A DNA stretch of 64,000 bases from contig CAWFNT010000003.1 of NCBI GenBank assembly GCA_963817255.1, positions 66,126 to 130,125 of the forward strand. The letters are read 5' to 3'. Below, one piece after another: positions 55,487 through 64,000 of this stretch (positions are counted from its first letter, which is position 1; each line of letters starts with the position of its first letter). The notes under the pieces were generated by a model. It saw only the letters and a program-made list of their open reading frames with translations. It was not told the DNA's origin and did no database searches. Source of the stretch: an uncultured Actinomycetes bacterium (GTDB lineage Bacteria > Actinomycetota > Coriobacteriia > Anaerosomatales > CAVRZR01). The position numbers and the translations under genes were made by a program.

Positions 55487-56701
55487 CTAGATCAGGCCGA
55501 GCGCCTTGCCCGCTTCTTCGAAGGCGTCGAGTGCCTGCGCGATATCCTCATCAGTGTGCGTCGCCATCAGGCACGTGCGCAAGCGATCGGTGCCTCGAGG
55601 CACGGCGGGATGAACGATGGGGCACACGAACACGCCCCGGTCGAAGAGCATCCGCGTCAGGTCCATGGTCTTGCCCTCGTCGCCGACGAACACGGGCACC
55701 ACACACGTCGACGCTTCCATCGTGTTCCAGCCCTGCGCTCTCAGACCGTCGGCGTAGGCGGACTGCACCTTGTGCAGCTGCGCCACCCGCCAAGGCTCGT
55801 CCTCGATGACGTTGAAAGCCTCGAGTGCGGCCGCGGTCTGGGCGGGTGGAAGCGCCGCCGAGAAGATGAACGGGCGGGAGAAGTGGCGCTGGTAGCCGAT
55901 GAGGTCGCGCTCGCCCGCAAGATAGCCGCCCACCGAAGGGATCGACTTGGAGAGCGTGCCCATCTTCAGGTCGATGGACCCGACCATATCGAAGTGCTCT
56001 TCGATGCCATGCCCGGTGGCGCCGAGCGAGCCGATGGAGTGGGCCTCGTCGACCATGAGCCGAGCGCCGTAGCGGTCGCACAAGCGACGGGTGGCCGGGA
56101 GATCCATGACGTCACCGTCCATCGAGAAGACCGAGTCCGCGACGACGAGAACGGTGTTGTACTCGCCTGCCGCGTCTGAGAGCAGCTTCTCCAGATGCGC
56201 CATGTCGTTGTGCCGGTAGGTCTTCCACTTCGCGCCCGAGAGCAGCACTCCGTCGACGATGGACGCGTGATCGAGCTTGTCCATCAAGACGAGGTCGCCC
56301 GGACCGGTGAGCCCGGTGATGATGGCGATGTTGGCGACGTAGCCGCTCGAGTACACGCACGCATCCTCGCGCTTGGTGAACTCGGCGATGCGCGCTTCGA
56401 GCCGCTCGTGCAGATCCATGGTGCCCGTGAGCAGCCGAACCCCCCCTGCGCCGGTACCGTAGTCGTCAATTGCCTGCTTGGCGGCAGCCTCGATACGCGG
56501 ATGGCCAATGAGCCCCAGGTAGCTGTACGACGCAAGCATGACCATCTCTCGCCCGTCGGCGAGGGTGACGCGATGGTTGGTCGGTCCTTTGATGGCCTGG
56601 AGGTAGAAATAGCGGTCGGCCCTCTTCATCGCGTCACGACGCTCGCGATACATCGCCAACCGGTCGGTGATGCCGTCGCGCAGAAGCTCGACGGTCTCCA
56701 T
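55487..56701 (-). CDS. Alpha-oxoamine synthase family PLP enzyme (BioF / Kbl / serine-palmitoyltransferase-like)
   Basis: 404 aa with motifs SYSYLGL, DEAHSIGSLGATGHG and GTLSKSIPSVGGY (PLP lysine). Substrate specificity cannot be read from the sequence. Confidence 0.8.
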   Translation of the reverse strand: METVELLRDGITDRLAMYRERRDAMKRADRYFYLQAIKGPTNHRVTLADGREMVMLASYSYLGLIGHPRIEAAAKQAIDDYGTGAGGVRLLTGTMDLHERLEARIAEFTKREDACVYSSGYVANIAIITGLTGPGDLVLMDKLDHASIVDGVLLSGAKWKTYRHNDMAHLEKLLSDAAGEYNTVLVVADSVFSMDGDVMDLPATRRLCDRYGARLMVDEAHSIGSLGATGHGIEEHFDMVGSIDLKMGTLSKSIPSVGGYLAGERDLIGYQRHFSRPFIFSAALPPAQTAAALEAFNVIEDEPWRVAQLHKVQSAYADGLRAQGWNTMEASTCVVPVFVGDEGKTMDLTRMLFDRGVFVCPIVHPAVPRGTDRLRTCLMATHTDEDIAQALDAFEEAGKALGLI

Positions 56702-56740
56702 AGGTGACTCCCCTCGCTACCCGGCATCGTTCGCCGCAGT

Positions 56741-56764
56741 TGTTTACAAACTTGTGTACAAACT
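56741..56764. promoter_or_regulatory. AT-rich tandem 12-mer (tgtTtacaaact tgtGtacaaact) in a divergent promoter region
   Basis: Two adjacent 12-mers differ at one base. They stand out against the high-GC background, between the AOS operon start (56701) and the DJ-1 gene (56919). Confidence 0.4.
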
Positions 56765-56918
56765 AGCACATGCTCCGGCGACTGACCACGAGCATGCATC
56801 GGAACGGTGGAGTACCGTGCGAGCTGCAGACGAACGCGGCGTGGTCACCTCGCTGCCGGGCTGTGTCCGCGCGCCTGACCGCAGGTATACTCGGCCGGAA
56901 GCAGCAGGGAGGGATCAC

Positions 56919-57455
56919 ATGCCAAAGGCGTTGCTCGTCATCGCGCCCACAACCTTTCGGGACGAGGAGTACGCCGAGCCGAGAGACGTTCTCGAGCGGG
57001 CGGGATACCGAGTCACCACGGCCAGCGTCGAAGCGGGCACGTGCACCGGCAAGTTCGGGATGGAGGCGAAGGCTGACGTAGCCTTGCGCGACGTCGACAG
57101 CGCGCGCTTCGATGTCGTGGCGTTCGTCGGCGGCGCTGGTGCGCGCGTCTACTTCGACGACCCCGTGGCACATCTCGTCGCGTTCGACGCGGTCGACGCC
57201 GGGAAGGTGCTCGGGGCGATCTGCATCGCTCCTTCGATCCTCGGACACGCCGGGTTGCTCCGCGGCGTTTCGGTCACCTCGTTTCCCTCGGAGGAGGCCG
57301 ATCTCGTGGCGCACGGCGCCGCGTGGGCCCACGGCCCGGTGCGGGTCGATGGATCGATCGTGACCGCCGACGGACCCGAGTCCGCTACCGCCTTCGGCGA
57401 GGCGCTCGTTCGTGCCGCGGGTGGCGAACGGCTCGCCAGCCACGGCACGCTGTAG
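56919..57455 (+). CDS. DJ-1/PfpI family protein
   Basis: ATG at 56919 follows GGGAGGGA. Nucleophile-elbow cysteine in GAICIAPSIL. 178 aa. Confidence 0.85.
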   Translation: MPKALLVIAPTTFRDEEYAEPRDVLERAGYRVTTASVEAGTCTGKFGMEAKADVALRDVDSARFDVVAFVGGAGARVYFDDPVAHLVAFDAVDAGKVLGAICIAPSILGHAGLLRGVSVTSFPSEEADLVAHGAAWAHGPVRVDGSIVTADGPESATAFGEALVRAAGGERLASHGTL

Positions 57456-57520
57456 GTAAGCGCGCAGACGACTCCCCCGGGGTGTCCGATGCGATCCAAC
57501 GACGTACGGGAGGCATCCTC

Positions 57521-58060
57521 ATGAAGATGTACCGCTGTCGCATCTGCGGCGAGACCCATCTCGGCTATGACAAGCCGAGCAACTGCCCGTTTTGCGGAGC
57601 GCACGCCGACCTCATCGTCCAGAGCCCCGACTTCCCGGCCGGCATCAACGACGTCGCACTCACCGAAACCGAGCAGGCCGATGTCCTCGAGGCCATCGAG
57701 CTCGAGCGCAGCAATGCGCGCTTCTACCTCGCGATGGCGGCGCACAAGGACAACGACGGGCTGTCCTCGGCGTACAAGCGGCTCGCGAAGATCGAAGCCG
57801 AGCATTGTTCCGTCTTCTGCAAGCTCGCCCGCGTGCCAAAGCCCGCGGACATCACCGAAGCCTCTGAGGCCGCCGACGACTGGTGCGCGAACATAGAGGA
57901 GTCGCTCGCCCGAGAGCAGCGCGCCTCGCGGTTCTACGCGCAGGTCTCAGGACGCGCGACGACGCCGCGGATCCAAGAGGTGTTCGCGGCCGTGAGCGAC
58001 GTCGAGTCGGACCACATCGACTTGGACAACCTCGCAAAGGGCTACGCCGGCTGCGTGTAG
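57521..58060 (+). CDS. Rubrerythrin-like (reverse order: N-terminal rubredoxin-type Cys4 + ferritin-like di-iron domain) protein
   Basis: CRICG...CPFCG is followed by a four-helix region with two ExxH motifs (EAEH, ESDH) and partner glutamates (ELERSNARFY, EESLAREQRASRFY). Confidence 0.75.
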   Translation: MKMYRCRICGETHLGYDKPSNCPFCGAHADLIVQSPDFPAGINDVALTETEQADVLEAIELERSNARFYLAMAAHKDNDGLSSAYKRLAKIEAEHCSVFCKLARVPKPADITEASEAADDWCANIEESLAREQRASRFYAQVSGRATTPRIQEVFAAVSDVESDHIDLDNLAKGYAGCV

Positions 58061-58111
58061 ATGCCGGGAGGCGGGCGCGGCAGTCCCCGGATCGCCCCGA
58101 GGGCGGTAGGC

Positions 58112-58873
58112 CTAGAGCTCCTGCCGTCTGAACACCCAGATCGCAGCCAGGACGAGCAGGGGAATCGCGACAGCTGCGGCCACAAGCGGTCCTGTGGCCT
58201 GAGCGGACTGACTTTGGAGGATCCGAGACGGCGCGCCGATGAGCCCCACCGGCGTGTTCCGAACAGCGGGCCCCCAGATGGTGAGGATGCCGAGTGCCGC
58301 GAACACACCCACGCCCGCACCGACAGCCGCCAGCGTGGAGAAAGCTGCCGAGAGCAGCACCATCGCCGCCAGCAGCACGAGTGCGAACACCAGCCAGACG
58401 GCGGTCGCCGAGACCAGTGGCTCCGGGGGCGCCTCGCCGAAGATTGCAGCGGTGACCGCCCAGGTCACCACGGTGTTGGCAACGATCGCGAGGACGAGCA
58501 GCCCCGCATGCACGAGGTACTTCGCCACCACGAACCCGCCGCGCGAGACGGGCTTGGTGAGCACGAGTGCGGCCGTCCCGCTCGCCCGCTCGCCCGCAAT
58601 GATCCCCGCGCTCACTCCGATGAGGAGGAACACGCCGATCTGCCCGAGGTTCTTGATCCACTGGGTGTAGGCGTCCAGGTACGTCGGCTTCGGGATCGTG
58701 ATGGAGATGCCTTGCTGCGACGCACCCAGCGACTGGATCAGTTGCGGCGTAAACTTCGCGAGGATCGGCCCGGTCACCGCGAAGAACAGCAGGACTCCCG
58801 GAAGCACCCAGATCCGCCACGTCCTCAGGATCTCGGTTACTTCCTTGCCCGCGAACCGCGCGAAGCCCCTCAT
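58112..58873 (-). CDS. ABC-2-type transporter permease (fused in frame to the upstream ATPase in this assembly)
   Basis: MRGFARFAGKEVTEILRTWRIW... with six TM segments. The ATG at 58873 would overlap the ATPase's native stop (ATGA). Confidence 0.75.
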   Translation of the reverse strand: MRGFARFAGKEVTEILRTWRIWVLPGVLLFFAVTGPILAKFTPQLIQSLGASQQGISITIPKPTYLDAYTQWIKNLGQIGVFLLIGVSAGIIAGERASGTAALVLTKPVSRGGFVVAKYLVHAGLLVLAIVANTVVTWAVTAAIFGEAPPEPLVSATAVWLVFALVLLAAMVLLSAAFSTLAAVGAGVGVFAALGILTIWGPAVRNTPVGLIGAPSRILQSQSAQATGPLVAAAVAIPLLVLAAIWVFRRQEL

Positions 58874-59863
58874 CTCGAGACCTCGCTCACGAGGTCCACG
58901 AACACTTGCTTCGAGGGTGACCTCTCCCCCCTCGAACCGTCTGAGCGCAAGGCCGCGCTCGGCAACCATCGCGGGTACCTCGCGTTGCGCCGTGTCCACA
59001 TCCGATACCGACAGCTCCACAACACCGTTCTCGAGCTCGACGCTCGTCGCCCATTCACGTTGCCCGAGCGCATCGGCGAACTCCTGTACTGCGCGGTCGA
59101 CCTCGACGACGAGGCGATGCGCGGAATACCTGGCCTTCAGCTCGTCGATCGGCGCCTGCGCGACGATGCGACCGCGGTCGAGGATCGCGACCGTGTCGCA
59201 CACGCGCTCGACGTCGGCAAGGATGTGCGTCGAGAAGAACACGGTGGTGCGACCGCCGAGCGACGCGATCATCTCCAGGACTTCCTTGCGCCCAATCGGA
59301 TCCAAGGCGCTCGTGGGTTCGTCGAGCATGAGCAGCTTCGGGGCGTTGACGAGCGCCTGGGCAACGCCGAGGCGCTGTTTCATGCCTCGCGAGTAGCCGC
59401 CGACGCGGGTCTTCACGCCGGCAAGCCCCGCGAGGTCGAGCAGCGCCTTCGTGCGCTCCTCGAGCACGCGGTCGTCCAGTCCGAACAAGCCGCCTGCGAA
59501 GCGCAGGAACTCCTCGGCAGTCATCCAGTCGTAGAACCCCGGGACGTCGGGCAAGAAGCCGACGAGCGAGCGGGCCGCCGTGGTCGTGCTGGTCACGTCG
59601 TTTCCGAAGATGCGCGCCGAGCCGCTCGTGGGCCGCGCGAGGCCCGTGAGGATGCGTAGCGCGGTCGTCTTGCCGGCCCCGTTCGGGCCGAGGAAGCCGA
59701 ACACCGAACCGACCGGGACAGCGAGGTCGACGCCGTCGAGCGCTCGGACCTCGCGGTACTGTTTGACCAGGCCGCGTGCCTCGAGCGCGAGAGGACGCTC
59801 GTCGGGGCCCTTCGTCGCCGAAGCGGCCTGGACCCGCTCTTCCGATACGGCGAGCGAGATCAT
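58870..59863 (-). pseudogene. ABC transporter ATP-binding protein; a +1 indel near 58909 replaces the native C-terminus and fuses it to the permease frame
   Basis: Walker A GPNGAGKTT, signature YSRGMKQR, Walker B LLMLDEP. After ...GGEVTLE the conserved ending QVFVDLVSEVSR-stop is in the adjacent frame (ORF 58870-59073). Confidence 0.75.
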
Positions 59864-60189
59864 CGCTGCTGATCGACGGGAGTCGTGTCGCCGTACAGCA
59901 CGTCAGCGACCGATTCCGAGCGCGCGGCCTGGTCGTCTCTCGGCGAAACGGGGATGTCGACCTGCACCGGCTTGCGCGCGACGAGGAAGTAGATGATCGG
60001 TCCGACGGTGTTGACGAAGAGCACGAGCACCACCCATAGCCACTTGGGTCCGTTCAAGGATTCCGCGGGCCTTCGCGCGATACTCACCAGCGCCGAGATC
60101 AACAGTACCAGCTCGACGACCACGAGCACTCCCAGGCCGACGAGCAACCCGGGGCTCATTGCCTCGAACGTCGACGTTATGTCGTTCAT
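59860..60189 (-). CDS. PLDc_N (PLD-nuclease N-terminal) small membrane protein
   Basis: Two TM helices with the typical KWLWVVLVLFVNTVGPIIYFL motif. Its stop overlaps the ABC ATPase start. Confidence 0.75.
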   Translation of the reverse strand: MNDITSTFEAMSPGLLVGLGVLVVVELVLLISALVSIARRPAESLNGPKWLWVVLVLFVNTVGPIIYFLVARKPVQVDIPVSPRDDQAARSESVADVLYGDTTPVDQQR

Positions 60190-60363
60190 GGAACCACGCC
60201 TGCCTCTCGTGTCGGGAGCGAGTACCCGGGGCGCACCGCCCGTCGCGTAGCGATGGACCGATGCAATCGTTCGACCGCGGCCGCTGTCGTCCTGCAGGAT
60301 ACCGCTCTGCGCTGAGAGATGCTGCCAATTGAAACGATCACCCTGCGGGGCAATAACGCTCGT

Positions 60364-61485
60364 CTATCGGACGTGGCGCCGTGCGACGCGCTGAAAGAGC
60401 GACGAGTACTCGGGTGCGAGCCGATCGAACGTGAACGCCTCGGCGATATCACGCGCGGCACCAGGGCGCGGCCGCTCGATCACCAGGGCCCTCAACCGCG
60501 CAACCAGCTCGTCGTGCGTGCGATATCGCATTTCTGCGGGGTAGAGCTCGGTATACGCGAGGCGGTCGGGAACGAGCAGCGTGCAGCCTGCGTACGCCGC
60601 TTCGATCATCGCAATGCCGAAGAACTCGTTCTCAGCCGTCGAGACCGAGACGTCGCACGTGGCGAGCAGATGCGCGTAGTCCGCGCGCGACGCGGGTTCG
60701 TCGCAGTGGACCAGCCGCCCTCTCAGCAGTGCCTCCGCGCGTTCAAACACCTCGGGACGATCCGAGAAGGCCTGTCCGGCCACCGCGACCTCGAAATCGA
60801 GTCCCTCGGCAGCCAGGACGCCGACTGCCTCGAAGAAGGCGTCGGGGTTCTTGTCGTGCTCCCAACGGTGAGGCCACACGATCCGGGCGCGCGGCCCACG
60901 TCGAGCGTCCTCGACGCCCGGCCCTCCAAGCACCTCGTCAAAGGGCGCCGGGTCGAACGGCGGGTGCACGACGAGCGACTTCTCGGCGATCGACTCGGCG
61001 ACGTGTCTGGGCTGATGATCCGGGAACTGCCCGAGGAACGCAGGGATCCCGGCCAGGAACTCACGCATGTTCCACTCGGTGTTGAAGGCGCAGCACTGTG
61101 CCGAGAGCGCGCTCGTGATGTTGGTGAGCGGGAACTGGAAGTCCCACTCGGCTGTGTGTCTGTTGGGGTAGACGAGCTGGTTCTCGTGGAAGTAGACGAT
61201 CGCGGGGATCGCGGCGACAGTCGGCCCCGCCAACCCTCTGAATTCTGCGAGGTTCAGGAAGGTGGAGGCGAAGACGAGGTCGAAACGCTCGCCTGCGTCG
61301 GCGCGGGCGCGAACCTCCGCGGCCATGGTGATCGCCGCCCCCCGCATACGCCACTTCCACTTTCGCGCCGGGAGCGTCACAAGCGTCCACTCCGCGTCCA
61401 CATGGGATGCCAAGCCATCCAACACCGCCCGGTGCGAGCCGCCGTAGTAGGGCTCGAGCGCGAGGATCCTCAGGCGCTCAGGCAT
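60364..61485 (-). CDS. DUF3524-type GT4 glycosyltransferase, homologue of eukaryotic GTDC1 (tRNA-queuosine alpha-mannosyltransferase family)
   Basis: 373 aa with motifs EPYYGGSH, LPARKWKWRMRG, YFHENQLVYP, PDHQPRHV, IVWPHRWEHDKNPDAFF and STAENEFFGIAMIEAAYAGC. From memory, these match the GTDC1 family blocks. Confidence 0.75.
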   Translation of the reverse strand: MPERLRILALEPYYGGSHRAVLDGLASHVDAEWTLVTLPARKWKWRMRGAAITMAAEVRARADAGERFDLVFASTFLNLAEFRGLAGPTVAAIPAIVYFHENQLVYPNRHTAEWDFQFPLTNITSALSAQCCAFNTEWNMREFLAGIPAFLGQFPDHQPRHVAESIAEKSLVVHPPFDPAPFDEVLGGPGVEDARRGPRARIVWPHRWEHDKNPDAFFEAVGVLAAEGLDFEVAVAGQAFSDRPEVFERAEALLRGRLVHCDEPASRADYAHLLATCDVSVSTAENEFFGIAMIEAAYAGCTLLVPDRLAYTELYPAEMRYRTHDELVARLRALVIERPRPGAARDIAEAFTFDRLAPEYSSLFQRVARRHVR

Positions 61486-62712
61486 CGGTCTGTTGCTCGG
61501 GGGTCGGTGCGGCCGGCCAAGCCTTGGGCGCCCGGTACGAGGGGCACGCGAAGTCGACCCAGGACAGCGCGCTCATGGCATCGGCGACCATCCGTGCGAG
61601 GTCGAGCTCGCTCTCCCCCGCGTGGACCTGGTCGACCGTCGCATGCGTCTCGGGCGTGCGCGGCATGAAGAGCGTGCAGCAGTCGTCATGCTCCTGGGTG
61701 GAGATCTCGTACGTACCGATGGCACGCGCCTCGCCGATGATCTCGAGCTTGTCGTTGCCGACGAGCGGGCGAAGCACCGGGAGCGTGGCGGCATCGTCGA
61801 CCGCTGCAATGTTGTCGAGCGTCTGCGACGCGACCTGCCCCAGTGACTCGCCGGTCACAAGCGCCTTCGCTCGTTCGACGCTCGCGATCGCTTCGGCGAC
61901 GCGCACCATCAGACGGCGGTAGAGCAGCACTCTGAGGTCCGGCGGTGCATGGAGCGAGATCTCTTTCTGGAGGTCGCCGAATGGCACGACGTAGATCCGC
62001 CCGAGCCCCCCGGTGCTCTCGAGCGACCTGCCGATCTCTTCGACGAGCCGCTCTGAGAGGTCGTTGGTCTGTGGACGTCCGGAGAAGTGAACGCCGACGA
62101 TGACGGCTCCTCGGCGGATCATCCGCCACGCGGCGACCGGAGAGTCTATGCCGGCCGAGAGCAGCCCGACGATCTTTCCGGCGGTGCCCACGGGCAGCCC
62201 GCCGATGCCCCGAACCTTGCGGGAGTATACGTAGGTGTCGCCTTGGACGACCTCGATGTGACACGTGACGTCCGGTTTCGAGAGGTCGACCTGCTTGCCC
62301 GTCGTGTTGTCGAGGACGTGCTGCCCGACCTCGCGGTTGATCTCCATGCTCGAGCGCGCGTAGTCGGTGTTCGAGCGGCGTGCCTCCACCTTGAACGTCC
62401 GGTAGGGCTCGGCCTCCTCGAGCGTCAGAAGCGCGGCCCTGTCGATGTCGTGGTCGAGACGCGAAGTCTTGAGCGCTGGCGAGGCGTTGCTGATCCCCGG
62501 GAATCGCGCACGACACGGTCCAGCACCCGCTCGGTCGACGCCGGCTCCAGCACCGGCACGGCGAGGCGGCTCGCGATCCGCTCGACAGGCGCGACGGGCA
62601 GACCGGTCAGCGCGGCGTCGAGATTGTCTTTGAGACGTCGCTCGAAGACGGAGCGGTTGCGCCCCTTGAGGCCGATCTCGTGGTAGTGGATGAGGATGGC
62701 GCGCTCGAACAT
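61478..62712 (-). pseudogene. thiI: tRNA 4-thiouridine synthase ThiI with an apparent 1-nt deletion near 62503
   Basis: The N-terminus (MFERAILIHYHEIGLKGRNR...VLDRVVR) is in ORF 62425-62712. The continuation FPGISNASPALK...THUMP...PP-loop (LLSAGIDSPVAAW) is in the frame of ORF 61478-62389. Confidence 0.85.
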
Positions 62713-62722
62713 GCGCGCCGGC

Positions 62723-62980
62723 TTACTTGAAGCTTTCCTTGACCCGCTCGTAGCTCACGTCGCCCTCGGCGATCTCGTCGAGCGCGAGGGTGAGCGGCTT
62801 GGTGCTCGTGAGCTGCGCCACCTGGCTGGTGGCCATGGCGGCCATGGAAAGCAGGGCCTGATCGCGCATCCCGTGGACCATGTCGTTGATCTGGCGGGCG
62901 CGCCGGGCCGAAACGATGCAGAGGGTGTACTTGGAATCGACCTTCGAGAGAAGCTCGTCGATCTCGGGCTTGATGACCAT
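62723..62980 (-). CDS. rpoZ: DNA-directed RNA polymerase subunit omega
   Basis: 85 aa. IDELLSKVDSKYTLCIVSARRARQIN is the typical RpoZ core. Confidence 0.9.
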   Translation of the reverse strand: MVIKPEIDELLSKVDSKYTLCIVSARRARQINDMVHGMRDQALLSMAAMATSQVAQLTSTKPLTLALDEIAEGDVSYERVKESFK

Positions 62981-62994
62981 GTAGCTACGCTTCC

Positions 62995-63588
62995 TTAGAG
63001 TTCGCCTGATGCGGCGTCGGATTCGATGATGCTCACGAGCTCGTCTTCTGCTCGGCGCACGTCGTCGTTTTGTACCACATGATCGTAGGTACCCGCAACG
63101 AGCAGCTCTCGTTCGGCGGTCCGAAGTCGCTCCTCTACCTCGCCCTTCGTCTCGCTGCCCCTGCCCTCCAGGCGCCGGCGAAGCTCCTCGAGCGACGGGG
63201 CCGTGACGAAGATGCGCACCGCCGAAGGCATCGCCTCCTTGACCTGAGCAGCCCCTTGCGGATCGATCTCCAAGACGACGTCTATGCCGTGTTCCAGCTT
63301 GGATACGACCTGGTCGCGAAGGGTTCCGTAGCAGTTGCCGTGGACCTCAGCCCACTCGAGGAGACCGCCATCACGCTTGAGAGCTTCGAACCGCTCGGGT
63401 CCGACGAAGAAGTACTCTCGCCCTTCCACCTCTCCGGGTCGCGGCCCCCTGGTGGTCGCGGAGATCGAGAGCCACAAGCGTGGAACCCTCGCCACCAATC
63501 GCTTGACGAGGGTTCCCTTACCCGCGCCGGACGGACCGGAGACGATGAACAGCCTTCCGGTTCGCTCGTGCGCGGGCGTCTGCTTCAG
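62995..63588 (-). CDS. gmk: Guanylate kinase (start codon unresolved)
   Basis: The P-loop GRLFIVSGPSGAGKGT lies upstream of the first ATG/GTG/TTG (63498). The frame is open up to the mihF stop. The proposed start is CTG at 63588, preceded by GAAGGA, and is tentative. Confidence 0.8.
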   Translation of the reverse strand: MKQTPAHERTGRLFIVSGPSGAGKGTLVKRLVARVPRLWLSISATTRGPRPGEVEGREYFFVGPERFEALKRDGGLLEWAEVHGNCYGTLRDQVVSKLEHGIDVVLEIDPQGAAQVKEAMPSAVRIFVTAPSLEELRRRLEGRGSETKGEVEERLRTAERELLVAGTYDHVVQNDDVRRAEDELVSIIESDAASGEL

Positions 63589-63610
63589 ATACAGGTCCTT
63601 CGGCCGACGA

Positions 63611-63919
63611 TCAGCCGAGACGCTTCATGAGCATCTCGCGCTGACGGGCGCCCAGACCCTGAACTCGACGGCTCTCGGAGATCTCCAGCTCGGCCATGAT
63701 CTTGGCGGCCTTCGCCTTGCCGTACCCGGGAAGGCTCTCGAGCAGGGTGGAGACCTTCATGCGGGCGACGATCGGATCGTCTGCCTTCTTCATGACCTCC
63801 GCGAAAGACATCTTGCCGGCCTTGATATCGGCCCTGAGCGCTGCGCGCTTCTGACGGGCTTCCGCGGCCTTCTTGAGCGCGGCCTGGCGATCCGCATCCG
63901 AAAGGTTGGGCAGTGCCAT
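63611..63919 (-). CDS. mihF: Actinobacterial integration host factor mIHF
   Basis: 102 aa. MALPNLSDADRQAALKKAAEARQKRAAL...LESLPGYGKAKAAKIMAEL is typical of mIHF, and the gene sits upstream of gmk-rpoZ. Confidence 0.88.
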   Translation of the reverse strand: MALPNLSDADRQAALKKAAEARQKRAALRADIKAGKMSFAEVMKKADDPIVARMKVSTLLESLPGYGKAKAAKIMAELEISESRRVQGLGARQREMLMKRLG

Positions 63920-64000
63920 GGTTCCTCCTCGTCTCGTTGCTCGGCGTACGCGCTACACCCTCCGCCGACCGCGCGGGTCGGCTCTTCCCCTGGCTAATCT

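Overview
High-GC, gene-dense chromosomal window, mostly minus-strand operons. It looks like an Actinobacteriota-type genome: mIHF-gmk-rpoZ, glycine-cleavage/FHA(GarA-like)/MerR(FtsR-like) synteny, and LexA with GAAC-N4-GTTC boxes. Metabolism is anaerobe-style (indolepyruvate and 2-oxoacid:ferredoxin oxidoreductases, a rubrerythrin-like protein). I see no rRNA, CRISPR, transposase or integrase, and only one tRNA (Pro-GGG). Main blocks: (1) hflX, lexA plus a divergent LysM membrane protein, nrdR, dut, NUDIX. (2) A ~10 kb operon iorA-iorB-ACT-SBP-SBP-livHMGF-paaK, with a second ACT-paaK pair at 31.7-33.4 kb. (3) A cell-wall hydrolase pair. (4) Purine salvage genes and an RCK K+-channel-like protein. 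(5) gcvT-H-PA-PB-lplA followed by small proteins, FHA and MerR. (6) Envelope genes: DD-carboxypeptidase, VanW, sugar-nucleotide/phosphomutase fusion, pgsA, corA. (7) A tandem 2.6 kb duplication encoding two ~750-aa secreted proteins of unknown family, next to tRNA-Pro. (8) coaBC and korAB. (9) Two tandem membrane GGDEF/HD-GYP proteins behind an alpha-oxoamine synthase. (10) DJ-1, rubrerythrin-like, and a PLDc_N-ABC module. (11) mihF-gmk-rpoZ-thiI plus a GTDC1/DUF3524-like glycosyltransferase. Most notable observations: the mosaic tandem paralogs with conserved hairpin-containing leaders; the eukaryote-type tRNA-mannosyltransferase homologue translationally coupled to thiI; an RsiG-like c-di-GMP motif protein in a window with three GGDEF-type proteins; and at least six apparent single-nucleotide frameshifts, which may be assembly errors or real pseudogenes. 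All calls come from reading the ORF translations and the sequence by eye; no database search was possible.
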